IMG/VR virus record: IMGVR_UViG_3300027734_000066
Span: 1-63,726 of that record
DNA length: 63,726 nt
Source: a virus
Lineage: Duplodnaviria; Caudoviricetes
Direction: 5' to 3' (one strand)
In this document: one piece after another, positions 44,564 through 54,164 of the stretch
How positions within the stretch are numbered: position 1 is the first letter of the stretch
Layout of the letters: every line of letters starts with the position of its first letter
Made by a program: the position numbers and the translations under genes
Notes under the pieces: model-generated
What the model saw: the letters and a program-made list of their open reading frames with translations, nothing else
Databases searched by the model: none
What the model was told of the DNA's origin: nothing

Positions 44564-44765
44564 CGACCTTGCACCCGATGGGGTGCGTATCGTTGTTCGC
44601 TGGGACAAGTTCCCAGCGGGTGCCTCTGTGTTCATCCCTTGCGTGAATACGCTGGAGCTTGTACGTCAGATTCATCAGATAACAAGTCAGTGGGAGTGGG
44701 TTGTTCACTATCGTCCCGGCATTGAAGATGGGCGCTGGGGGGTTCGCATTTGGAGACGCTTGTGA
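44502..44765 (+). CDS. Small hypothetical protein after primase; start uncertain
   Basis: WDKFPAGASVFIPC...GVRIWR. Confidence 0.6.
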   Translation: MKLSKLWQQPPRCSRNRVRIDDLAPDGVRIVVRWDKFPAGASVFIPCVNTLELVRQIHQITSQWEWVVHYRPGIEDGRWGVRIWRRL

Positions 44766-44771
44766 TAGTAT
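44743..44771 (+). promoter_or_regulatory. Putative promoter for candidate sRNA
   Basis: TTCGCA-N17-TAGTAT with extended -10 TG. Confidence 0.45.
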
Positions 44772-44776
44772 TACCG

Positions 44777-44848
44777 CGACAGCTTGCCTGTCACTTCGTT
44801 CTCCTTTGAAAGAGTTTAACCCCCGCCGTAAAAAGCGGGGGTTTTTTT
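44777..44848 (+). ncRNA. Candidate trans-acting anti-RBS small RNA
   Basis: 5' hairpin GACAG/CTGTC, CTTCGTTCTCCTTT complementary to the early-gene RBS motif, then intrinsic terminator. Confidence 0.55.
44818..44848 (+). terminator. Rho-independent terminator at the convergence of the two arms
   Basis: AACCCCCGC-CGTAAAAA-GCGGGGGTT followed by T run on + strand. Confidence 0.85.
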
Positions 44849-44849
44849 A

Positions 44850-47800
44850 TCAGTCCAACAGCCCGTTGTCGTACTCGGACGCATTCTCTAACAACTCAGG
44901 ACGGAGCTTCTTGTTTAGAGTCACACCGTGATACATCTCTTGCGATGTTTTCATGTGTTGAGCCATCGAGTTCTGGATAGTCTCGGGCGTAATTGCCGCA
45001 GTGGGATGCGCTCTGTTGAACTTCATGATGTCCTCAATTGCATCACTCATGCCATCGGAGTCGCCGTTTCGTGCGGCAATGTAGTAATCGCGCAACATCT
45101 TGGTACGTTCCTTGGTGGCACGACGCTCAATGTTTTTGAGGGACGCATTGATCTCCAACTGGCGGGTGTACTCGGCAGGTGCAAACCCAAACGCTTGTGC
45201 AAATGCGTTGGCCGTGCTTATTTCCCCAACTATTGGGTCACCGCGCAGGGTGTTGGCACCCTCGGTTGCGAAGCGAATACCCTTAAACCCGTTGGCAATA
45301 CCTGCGGGGAGCATGCGCTCCAGACCACGTTCAGTCTCACCCTCACTGATCAGCTTGGCACCTTGTTGTAGTCGGTCGGCTACGCCGTAGACTGGGCCAC
45401 CCATGAGTTGCAAGAACGCCAGCACAGCGTTGTCTTGCTCACGGTATCCGGTGCTGTTGATCAGCAGGTCAGACAGGCCGATACGGTTGGCGATGGCCGT
45501 ACCAGTCAGGTAGTTGACCGCGCCATTGAACAGACCCTCGCCAAGATACTTACGTACGGCGGTCTCAGCGTCATCCTCATCATCACCCTTGAACAAGTTG
45601 TAGACAGCGGCCAAGATGCCAAACATGGGCAGACCCTGCACCCCAGCCATCATGCCAGCGGAGGCGTAGATACCAAGAATTTGGCGCATAGCGGCATCGC
45701 GGACTTTCTTGTCCTCGGACTTCATGGCTTCACGGGCCGTCTTGAACATCATGTAGTACATGGAAACACCGTACCGCTTGTACATAAACATGATCTTGCC
45801 AATTGAATTCTTGGCCAGCAAAGGTGCGCTACCTGCGGACGCGCCGCCGTTCATCAGTTCAGTGGTTTGGATTGCGCGTTTGGCCGCTTCGGTGCGTGAT
45901 GCACTGTCAATCTTCTCACCCTCCTTGGCCATCCGGTCAAGCTCAAGTTCGTAGGATGCGATCAGGGAAACTTGGCGGTTCATGCGCTCGCCATGGTGGA
46001 AGATGAAGCCAGACCATGCGTTCACACGGTTCAAAGGCGTGGACTTCTCGTCCATGTCCAAGATGTCATGCGTCATCGAGCGGCTGAGCAAACCGTAGTC
46101 CTCGGCGATCTGCGACAACTCCTTGAGGCGCTTGACGTTCTCTGGCACCCCTTTGGCGTCAAAGTCGTAGTTGTCCAGCGAGAAGCCAGCCCTGACCTCA
46201 ATCTTGGATTTGCCGTCAGCGGTGGGCACCGTCATCTCGGCGTTGCGCTTGAGGCCGCTACCAAAGAACAGACGGGTGGCCGAGCCAATGGCTTTCATAG
46301 TTTCGGGATAGCCGTACTTACCACCAAGGTAAGGCATCATCACCAGTGGCACCTGTGACATGTTTACCAGTGCAGAGGATACGTTGAACCCCAGCGTCCA
46401 GTTAAACGCAGTGGAGGTCATAATTTTTGACCATGGGGAAATGTTGGGGCTGACCAGCGTTTGGATGTGGCTGTTCAACTCATCGGCCAGACCACGGGCC
46501 GCCTCGGTGTTATTTGTTGTCTTAACGTGTTCGTTGATCTCATCACGCAGTTGGTACATTTTGCCGCTGTACTCAAGGTTGGCCAGTTGGTGCGACATAC
46601 CCATGGAGCGTGTGAAGAACGCAGAGGTTGCATCGAAGCTAAAGCCGGGTGTGTTTTTACGCTTGCGGAACGCTTGAGCAAACGATGACTCAGGTAGCGT
46701 TGACAAGAACGTACGCATGATCTCATCGGTGACTTCTGGATCAACTTTGTTGGCTTCAAGCGTACGCAAGATAGAGTTCACAAAGGATGTTGGAGGTGCA
46801 TCCTTGTACGTTTTATTGGAACTGCCAGTAAAGCGCGTAATGTTTTTTGCGCCCCCTTCTTTTTCCAACTCTTTGATGGCACGCTCCCGCTCAACCGAAG
46901 TCTCGTAGTGTTCAACAAAATGCTCTACGTTGCCATCGCGCCCTTTGCCGTCGTATGCCAAGCGATAGTCACCATTACGTGTCAGGGGGAAGTACGGCTC
47001 AATCTTGCCCTTGGTGGCAAGGCGTTGGTAGATTTCAGTCTTGAGCTTTTTGGCATCTTCCTTGTCTTTCACAGAGGAGTCGATGCGGTTAAACATCAGA
47101 TCAAGCAGGTCTTCGTAGGTCTTGGCGTACGTGTCGCGCATCTGTTTATAGACGCTCTGGCCCTCATCTTTGAGCGCGGCCCACTGAGGTTGCAACTCAT
47201 CCCACACCTGTTGTTTATCTTTACCGCTCTCGGACTGCTTGCCCTTGTAGTCGGCGCGGGGCTTGGACGGGTCAACCTGCTCCAGCGTGCTGGTGGCAAT
47301 GACATCGTTCAGGATGGCTTCTTTCTCAGGGTTGCCTTTGAGCCAGTTCTGGATGCGCTTCATGGTGGCTTCGGTAGCGCGTTTGCGCTTGTCAATTGAA
47401 CCGTTCCACAGCTTCTCCAACTCGTCAAGGCGCGGAGCCATTGGAATGTCTTTCTTGGCAACCTCAACCAGTGCATTGAGCGGTAGGCTACGGCGCACCA
47501 ACTTCTGGACAGCGGAAGGCACACCCTCGCGGAACAACTCATAGATGCCGCCAACGATCTTGTTATCCAGCGCAGGCATTGACAGGATTCGGTCGTCCAG
47601 AGTCTTGAAGACTGCGGAGCTTTTACCCAACAACGATGCCGAGAACAACGAGCCTGCCTCACGAGATTCAGGTGCAGGCGACAAGATGGTGTTGATCAAC
47701 GAATCAGAGGCGTCGAGTGCGGAGCCCATACCCTTGGTTTCTTTACCCATGATTGACCGCACAAAGTTGCGGATGGCGTGCATGAAGCGTTGCCATGCAG

Positions 47801-50800
47801 TGATTGCCTCACCCTTGGGATTGATTGCCGCCAACTGTTGCTGGAACTCGGGGTTGCTGAATGCCTCGGCAACGAACTCATCCAAAGACTGTGCGCCGTA
47901 CGCTGTGTCCAGCGAATCTTTGACGTTGTTGTAAAGCTCTGTAAGTTGTTTAGTTACAGGGTGTGACTTGTTGCCTATGACATGTGATGTAGCGGCATGT
48001 ACCGCTTCATGTAATAGCACGTGAAGGTTTAAACCTTCTTTCTCGTCCAGCTTGATGGTGTCTGTCTTGGGGTCGTATAGGCCGGGGACTGGGACATCTT
48101 CGGCGTTGAGAAGCATGGGTTCCAGATCGACTTTGGTTTTGCCAATTGCGCCAGCCAATTTTTTGGCAACTTCGGATGCACGGCCAAGGTTTTGTGAACC
48201 CAACATGGTCAGGGCTCCACGCAGATCACCAGCTTTTACCATCTTGCGGATAGCAGGGTGCAACGGAAGCGCCAGCACCACCGCATCGCGGGATAGTTCC
48301 AGTTCGTCGCCGTCCATTTGTTCCTTGATGGCAAAAGACAATTTTTGCTGGGTGTTGAACTGATTAACACCTCGGCGCACCTCTGCTTCGGAATTACCAA
48401 AGTAGTCCAGCATCTTTCTGGCCAGTGCCTTTTTGTCAGCCGCCGACAAGGATTCATAGAATGCTCTGGCGTACTCACCGCCGCTCAGCGGAACAATCGA
48501 GGTCGTGCCTGTACGCCCAAAAGCGATGTCGTCAACAGGGATGCCGGTGCGCAACTGTGTGGTGATGTCGTTGAGCTTGTCAACGCGCTTTAGCAACTTG
48601 TGCTTTTCAAACATGGCCACGTACATGTCATAGGCCAGATAGTCAAGCGCGTCAGACCGGCTCTCAACTTCCATCACTTGTCCGTATGCACCGAATGCGG
48701 TAGATGGCTTAGCCTTGTCCTTCTTAGCTTTAGTTTCGGGTTTACCCTTAGCTTCAACCTTTTTTGGCTCAGCTTTGGCCTCGGCCTTTGGTTCGGCTTT
48801 CTTCAGTGCACTGGGCTCCACGCCCGCTCGACTTCCAGCGTTATCAGCAGGTTTCCCACGATCTCCCAATCCAGTGGGCTTAGATGTTTCAGTTCGCTTG
48901 GTATTAGCAGGGGCTCCAGTGCGCTCGTCCTTTGCACCGCCCTCTTTGCGATCTTCAGCGCGAGTTCCAGTTCCTCCAGCGACATCTCCTGCGTCCTTAT
49001 CACGTCCTCGCTTAGCGGGTTTTGTGGCTGCGAGTTTTGTTGTGGGTTCATCTTTCTTACTTTCCTTGGTAGCCTTGGTTGGCTTCGCGGGTACAAACAT
49101 GTCACCTTGTTTGGCAAGACCACCAAACGCTTGCATTGCTAAGTTTTCAACCGCATCTTTAGTACCTGTGGATAAGTTAGGATTTTCCCTAATACGGCCA
49201 AAGATGTTTGCAACGACGGGTTGCTGGGCCGTGTCGGCCATGTCCATATTGAGCAACTGCTTGTAGAACCCAGACTGTTTGGGTAGGCCAGCTTTGGCCA
49301 ACACTTCCGGTGACAGCACAGTAGCAAACGGTTTTTCTTCCTGAGATGCAATCTCCTCCTCGGAGAAGGCTTGGGGTGCGGCACCCTTTGGTTTACCCAT
49401 GCCGGGGAAACCCATCTGTTCAGGTTCACGCTGTGACTTCTTCTCAGGTATGAGCGACTCGATGGATCGCAGTTCTTTCTTTTGCTCCTCGGGCTCTTGC
49501 ACGACAGGCTCAGCTTCAACCACAGGTGCTTCTGCCAAACGGATGTCATAGGCACGGTTGATGAGGTTGCGCTCACGCTCGGTAAGGTTGGTGTTGGTGA
49601 TGCCTTCACGCTTGAGTTCCAAAACAAATGCTTTGGGGATGTTTTTGACATCAGACTCAACAATTGGCAACAGCAACTGGAGGCGTGTGTCCTGAGATGT
49701 TTTTTCTTGCTTGCGTTCCATAGTGCCGGTCAATTCGGCAAGTTCGGATTCAAACTTCAGGCGCTCTTTCTCAGCGATTGCGCGGGCTTCTTCCCGAGTT
49801 CCACGAACCTTGGCTTCTTCGTCAGCCTTCTGCAACTGCTCAAGTTGTTGGCTTTCCAACTCGTCGATCATGTCGCGGGTTTGAGTATCTTTCCTACCCG
49901 GTCTTGTCTTTCGAGACTCTATTTCGTTCTTTACAAGTTGCCAGTCTTTATCTCGTAGATTGGTGTTGTAAATTTGTGCTTGCAGTTGCTCATCAGTCAT
50001 TTCTACGACTTGCTGAGCACTGAGTGTTTTGGGGTAGGTTGTAGGTTGTTTAGCTTCTGTGCCTTCTTCCGTTGTTTTAGGAGCGACACGGCCACGTCCG
50101 GGCACCTCTACGGTTCCGTCAGCACGCTCAACTCCCGGCAGGTCAAGTTGGCCCTTTTTAGGTTCTTGCCCAAAAGTCTCTGCAAGTGCGGCTTCTTTGC
50201 CACGGCGTGCAAGGTTGCGGTCAAACGACGACAAGCCAGCCAGCGGGTCGGAGGTGCGTAGGTCTTCTTCGCGTTGCCGTGCAGTGCCTTGTTTGGACTT
50301 GAGGTAGTCGTCGTATTCGGCTTTGGTTGTGATGACAGAGCCGTCAGGCAACGCCACAGGGGTAAACGGCTCGGCGGTGTAGCCCAGCAATTGTTGCTCG
50401 GGTGCCTTGGTCTCAGGTGCAGGTGCTTCTTTATCCAGCCCCAACGATGCGCGACGAGCCTTGCGGCCAATGGTCATGTCAATGATCAAGCTGGCCAATG
50501 CACCGACTCCAGCGCCATAGGCACCTTCTTCGCCAGAGCCGACAAGGATTTCCTGCTGGGGGTCGTACACGCCCTTCGCAATCAAGTTCTGGGCAACCTT
50601 TTGTGCGGCTTCAGTTACGCCCTCAACGCCGCCACGGGCGGCGGCGGTAACCATGAGGCTCTTGAACGGTTTGATCTGGGGTGCCAGTAAGTCGAGCAAA
50701 CCAGTAGGCGCACCAAGCTGGGTAGCCAGACGCCGTTCTTCACCTGTGGCACCTTTGGCTTCGGCAGACTCACGTGCTTCGCCAGCGCCAGCGGCAACAC

Positions 50801-51269
50801 CAAGACCACCAGCGGCAACACGGCCAGCCAGTCCAAGGGGGCCAGCGGCAAAGAACGGTAGGGTAGAGCCCAAGCCTTCACCCAGCTTGCGACCAACAGA
50901 GTCTTCATAGCCAGCACCAGCCTCAAATGGCTTCTTGGCAAGACCAGCAAGCTCTTTGATTTTTTCGCGTGCAGCCTTTTCCGTGTCATCGGGCAGCAGT
51001 GCGCTGATACCAGTACCTGCGGACTCAAGCAGGTTGATTGCACCGGGAACCAACCCCTTGCCAAACTCTTTAATGTTTCCACCGACAGTAGGTTTTGGCT
51101 TGAGCAATTCCTCACGTTCAGCGCGTAGCTTTTGTAGACGTGATTCAATATCGTCCTCTTGGGGGGCCGACTGCATGGATTGTGCAATCCGTGCTAACCG
51201 TTGGGCGGCTTGAGTATCACCCGCCGCATCCGCATTTCGCAGTGCGGTCAGCACATTCTGCAAGTCCAT
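44850..51269 (-). CDS. Giant internal virion / polyvalent protein (zincin metallopeptidase + PLxRFG-like region), 2139 aa
   Basis: GLYDP...LLHEAVHAAT...DEFVAEAFSNPEF; YFPLTRNGDY; hydrophobic helices near both ends. Confidence 0.75.
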   Translation of the reverse strand: MDLQNVLTALRNADAAGDTQAAQRLARIAQSMQSAPQEDDIESRLQKLRAEREELLKPKPTVGGNIKEFGKGLVPGAINLLESAGTGISALLPDDTEKAAREKIKELAGLAKKPFEAGAGYEDSVGRKLGEGLGSTLPFFAAGPLGLAGRVAAGGLGVAAGAGEARESAEAKGATGEERRLATQLGAPTGLLDLLAPQIKPFKSLMVTAAARGGVEGVTEAAQKVAQNLIAKGVYDPQQEILVGSGEEGAYGAGVGALASLIIDMTIGRKARRASLGLDKEAPAPETKAPEQQLLGYTAEPFTPVALPDGSVITTKAEYDDYLKSKQGTARQREEDLRTSDPLAGLSSFDRNLARRGKEAALAETFGQEPKKGQLDLPGVERADGTVEVPGRGRVAPKTTEEGTEAKQPTTYPKTLSAQQVVEMTDEQLQAQIYNTNLRDKDWQLVKNEIESRKTRPGRKDTQTRDMIDELESQQLEQLQKADEEAKVRGTREEARAIAEKERLKFESELAELTGTMERKQEKTSQDTRLQLLLPIVESDVKNIPKAFVLELKREGITNTNLTERERNLINRAYDIRLAEAPVVEAEPVVQEPEEQKKELRSIESLIPEKKSQREPEQMGFPGMGKPKGAAPQAFSEEEIASQEEKPFATVLSPEVLAKAGLPKQSGFYKQLLNMDMADTAQQPVVANIFGRIRENPNLSTGTKDAVENLAMQAFGGLAKQGDMFVPAKPTKATKESKKDEPTTKLAATKPAKRGRDKDAGDVAGGTGTRAEDRKEGGAKDERTGAPANTKRTETSKPTGLGDRGKPADNAGSRAGVEPSALKKAEPKAEAKAEPKKVEAKGKPETKAKKDKAKPSTAFGAYGQVMEVESRSDALDYLAYDMYVAMFEKHKLLKRVDKLNDITTQLRTGIPVDDIAFGRTGTTSIVPLSGGEYARAFYESLSAADKKALARKMLDYFGNSEAEVRRGVNQFNTQQKLSFAIKEQMDGDELELSRDAVVLALPLHPAIRKMVKAGDLRGALTMLGSQNLGRASEVAKKLAGAIGKTKVDLEPMLLNAEDVPVPGLYDPKTDTIKLDEKEGLNLHVLLHEAVHAATSHVIGNKSHPVTKQLTELYNNVKDSLDTAYGAQSLDEFVAEAFSNPEFQQQLAAINPKGEAITAWQRFMHAIRNFVRSIMGKETKGMGSALDASDSLINTILSPAPESREAGSLFSASLLGKSSAVFKTLDDRILSMPALDNKIVGGIYELFREGVPSAVQKLVRRSLPLNALVEVAKKDIPMAPRLDELEKLWNGSIDKRKRATEATMKRIQNWLKGNPEKEAILNDVIATSTLEQVDPSKPRADYKGKQSESGKDKQQVWDELQPQWAALKDEGQSVYKQMRDTYAKTYEDLLDLMFNRIDSSVKDKEDAKKLKTEIYQRLATKGKIEPYFPLTRNGDYRLAYDGKGRDGNVEHFVEHYETSVERERAIKELEKEGGAKNITRFTGSSNKTYKDAPPTSFVNSILRTLEANKVDPEVTDEIMRTFLSTLPESSFAQAFRKRKNTPGFSFDATSAFFTRSMGMSHQLANLEYSGKMYQLRDEINEHVKTTNNTEAARGLADELNSHIQTLVSPNISPWSKIMTSTAFNWTLGFNVSSALVNMSQVPLVMMPYLGGKYGYPETMKAIGSATRLFFGSGLKRNAEMTVPTADGKSKIEVRAGFSLDNYDFDAKGVPENVKRLKELSQIAEDYGLLSRSMTHDILDMDEKSTPLNRVNAWSGFIFHHGERMNRQVSLIASYELELDRMAKEGEKIDSASRTEAAKRAIQTTELMNGGASAGSAPLLAKNSIGKIMFMYKRYGVSMYYMMFKTAREAMKSEDKKVRDAAMRQILGIYASAGMMAGVQGLPMFGILAAVYNLFKGDDEDDAETAVRKYLGEGLFNGAVNYLTGTAIANRIGLSDLLINSTGYREQDNAVLAFLQLMGGPVYGVADRLQQGAKLISEGETERGLERMLPAGIANGFKGIRFATEGANTLRGDPIVGEISTANAFAQAFGFAPAEYTRQLEINASLKNIERRATKERTKMLRDYYIAARNGDSDGMSDAIEDIMKFNRAHPTAAITPETIQNSMAQHMKTSQEMYHGVTLNKKLRPELLENASEYDNGLLD

Positions 51270-51270
51270 G

Positions 51271-53238
51271 TCACTTACCTTTCGCGTATTTGTCCACCAA
51301 GGCTTTGTCGCTTGCGGATAAGTTACTACCTGTCACGCCAAGTTTCTGGCGTGCCGATTCAAGCACGGGCTCCAGTTCCTTGCGAATCTTGGCTTTCTTC
51401 TGCTCAAGTTCCAGTTTAGCGATATCCAGACGATTCTTGTCTTCGGGTTTCAACTTAGCAGGGTCTTGCATCATCAACATACCCAACGGGCCTGACGCAA
51501 AATCTTTTTCCAGATTGCGTTCCAACTGCTCCACTTTATTAAGAGTGGTTGCGTAGATGGTTCGTGCCTTATCAAACGACAAGTTTTCACTTGCAATCCG
51601 ATTGGACTCCGCTGTGGCTTGCACTTTGAGTTTGTCAATTTCGCGGTCGAGCGCCTTGTCCCGTGAAGTCACGTTGGTGCTGTACAAAGAGTCGCGGGAT
51701 CTAACATCCTCACCGTACAAGCCACGGCCAGAATCCAGACCCTGACGTTGGCTTATGCTGGATTGCTCGTAGGCTTTTTGGCCACCCTCAATGCCACCTT
51801 TGACGTTTGCGCGGTCAATACCGATGAGGCCGGTGCGAGCGTTCTGCACATCCCCAAACTCTTTGAGCTTGGCGGCGCGTTGCTTCTCGTCGTAGTTCAT
51901 GCCAGCCGTGGCTGCGCCAGCAAACTCACCATAACGGCGGCCACCCGCACCAATCAGGGCGCGTTTGAGACCTTCTTGGCGCTGACGCTCAGGGTCGTAC
52001 TGCTCGTTGTACATCTTCTGAAGACCGCCAATACCTTCCTCGTACACCTTGCGTTGCTCAGGCGTGAGGGCCATACGGTTTTCAATACGCTTTTCTTCTT
52101 CAAGCTGACGGGCAGCAGGGTCAATCTCTGCATTTTTAAGCGCAGCGGCTTCCAGCTTTCGACCAAAATCATTGGCAGGGCCAACGGTACCAAGTGGAAC
52201 CTGTGGGGGAGCACCAGCAGCACCAGCAGCACCAGCAGCACCGGGCAGGCCGGGCAGGCCGGGGGGTTTTGGAGCGGGAGGGGCACCGGGGGCGGGAGGG
52301 GGTCTTGGAGCGGGAGGGGCGGCGGGAGGCGGCACGGCGGCTTGGGGGCCAGCGGCGGCGGTTGCTTGTGCTTCAGATACCGAAGTGGGGCGAGCAGGAG
52401 GTGGAGGTTGGCCAGCCGCTTGTTCTTCACGGCGAACTTTGTCCATCATAGGAGTCATACTGGTGCGGTCGCCACCAAAAACTGCTTCGGGCAATTTGGG
52501 TATTGCATCTAAGCCCAACGCACGGCCTACACGGGAATCAGCCACACCACGGACAACAGATTCCGCTGCGCCCAACACCCCGCGAGGAAGTAATGTGGCA
52601 ACGTCATAACCAGCAGCGGCCAGTTTTTTGATGGTCATCATCATGGCGTTACGGTCGCCCGTACGCTGTGCTTCTTGGAGTTCAGCTTGTGCGTCTGCAT
52701 CCAGAGGTTTTTTACCCACTGACGAGCCTTCAGGGCCAGCGTAACCCACGATACCCCCAGCGGCCATAGCCTTGGGTTGTGCAGCCATAGCAGCACCGGG
52801 AGCACCGGCAATACCGCCCATCATCTTCTGCATTGCGGCTTGCTGATCGCCAGCTTGTTTCTGTGCCGTGTCACCGCGCTGTTGAGCAAGCTCGTTCTTG
52901 GTCAACGCATCAACCTCTTGCTCGCGTTGCTGTGCCACCGTCATGTTGGCTTGACCACCTTCAGCACTTTGCTGTGCCATCTGCAACTGCATTTGACGTG
53001 CGGCGGCGTCTTTTTCTGATTTGATCTTTTGGAGCGCCAGCAGATCAAGTAAGTCTTGCGTCATTGCATAGCGTTGTTCCAACGGCTTAGTGTTGCCTTT
53101 GTATGCGTCAACACGGTCGTCCACACTTCCCAGCCCAGCCATGGGGCTGGCTTTTCCGGGGGTAGGCATCTGGGGTGCCTGCGGACGCTGTTGCATGAGT
53201 CCCGCAAGCCCTTGAGGTGTAGCGTTTGGCATCTGCAT
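51271..53238 (-). CDS. Internal virion / ejection protein, 655 aa
   Basis: Gln/Ala/Pro-rich; MAAGGIVGYA; between ejection genes. Confidence 0.65.
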   Translation of the reverse strand: MQMPNATPQGLAGLMQQRPQAPQMPTPGKASPMAGLGSVDDRVDAYKGNTKPLEQRYAMTQDLLDLLALQKIKSEKDAAARQMQLQMAQQSAEGGQANMTVAQQREQEVDALTKNELAQQRGDTAQKQAGDQQAAMQKMMGGIAGAPGAAMAAQPKAMAAGGIVGYAGPEGSSVGKKPLDADAQAELQEAQRTGDRNAMMMTIKKLAAAGYDVATLLPRGVLGAAESVVRGVADSRVGRALGLDAIPKLPEAVFGGDRTSMTPMMDKVRREEQAAGQPPPPARPTSVSEAQATAAAGPQAAVPPPAAPPAPRPPPAPGAPPAPKPPGLPGLPGAAGAAGAAGAPPQVPLGTVGPANDFGRKLEAAALKNAEIDPAARQLEEEKRIENRMALTPEQRKVYEEGIGGLQKMYNEQYDPERQRQEGLKRALIGAGGRRYGEFAGAATAGMNYDEKQRAAKLKEFGDVQNARTGLIGIDRANVKGGIEGGQKAYEQSSISQRQGLDSGRGLYGEDVRSRDSLYSTNVTSRDKALDREIDKLKVQATAESNRIASENLSFDKARTIYATTLNKVEQLERNLEKDFASGPLGMLMMQDPAKLKPEDKNRLDIAKLELEQKKAKIRKELEPVLESARQKLGVTGSNLSASDKALVDKYAKGK

Positions 53239-53247
53239 GTTTTTTCC

Positions 53248-54156
53248 TTATGGCTTGGCAGGCGGAGTCGTAGTCGTAGTCGTAGTTGTGGCTGGCGTAG
53301 TCGTAGCTGGCGCAGCAGGAGCCGTACCAAAGATACGGTCGTACAAGTCCATGAGGCCACCGCCCTGACTGAGAATCTGCGACAGTGCACTGGGTTGTGA
53401 GTATGAGTAAGTTTGCGCAGCAAGGGGCAAACCTTGCAACAAGGACTGCTGATACTGCACTTGCTTGTACGGAAACTCGCGCTGGGTTTCAAATTCTTTG
53501 ACGTCGGCAGTGATGCCTTGCTGTTCAATGTCGCGTTGAACTTGACCAGCCTCGCCCTGTTTCTGAAGTGCGGCCAGACCGTAGGTGTTGGCGGCGTCTT
53601 GCGCCGTTTGGCCACGGCCTTGTTCAATGTTAAATTGGTTTGCTGCCTTGTCGTAGGCATCTGAGTAACCTTTGCCGGTAATGCCAGCAAGGTTTTGCAA
53701 CATGTTGCGCTGGTTTTCAGACTCCATCAAAGCACCGCGACCGCCACCAAATGCACCAGCCTTGGTTGCAGAGGTGCGGTTGGCCAAGTTTTGAATCTGT
53801 GCTTGGCGTTTGGCTTCCTCAATCTGCGGATTGAGCGCCGAAGTCAAGTAGGGGTTCATGTAGTTCTGGGCCTGCTCCGCACTGAATTGCTGAGGGGTAA
53901 ATGCACCCATCTTGTCAGTTGGAATAGTCAGGCCAGCAATACCTTGAAACGCTGTCTTTTGGAGATCAGACTCCCCCGCAGTCAGGGGGCCGCCATAGGC
54001 TTGGTAGTCTTGGTTGGCCAGTGCTTGGCCACGCCCAAGCATGTCCGTGACATACGGCCCCGCCCAGTTAGAGAGGGACGATTCAGTACCCGTTTGCTGC
54101 CCAACGCCGGTGTCAGCGCCGGTGCCCGTAGTTCCTGAAGATGCTGGTGTTGTCAT
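53248..54156 (-). CDS. DNA ejection (pilot) protein
   Basis: YMNPY, AGAFGGGRGA, Gln-rich helices. Confidence 0.65.
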   Translation of the reverse strand: MTTPASSGTTGTGADTGVGQQTGTESSLSNWAGPYVTDMLGRGQALANQDYQAYGGPLTAGESDLQKTAFQGIAGLTIPTDKMGAFTPQQFSAEQAQNYMNPYLTSALNPQIEEAKRQAQIQNLANRTSATKAGAFGGGRGALMESENQRNMLQNLAGITGKGYSDAYDKAANQFNIEQGRGQTAQDAANTYGLAALQKQGEAGQVQRDIEQQGITADVKEFETQREFPYKQVQYQQSLLQGLPLAAQTYSYSQPSALSQILSQGGGLMDLYDRIFGTAPAAPATTTPATTTTTTTTPPAKP

Positions 54157-54164
54157 GTCCTACC

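Noticed and set aside
52195-52365. GCACCAGCA and GC-rich tandem repeats
   Set aside because: They encode the Pro/Ala/Gly linker of the 655-aa protein
53265-53310. GTAGTC tandem repeats
   Set aside because: They encode the poly-Thr tail of the 302-aa protein
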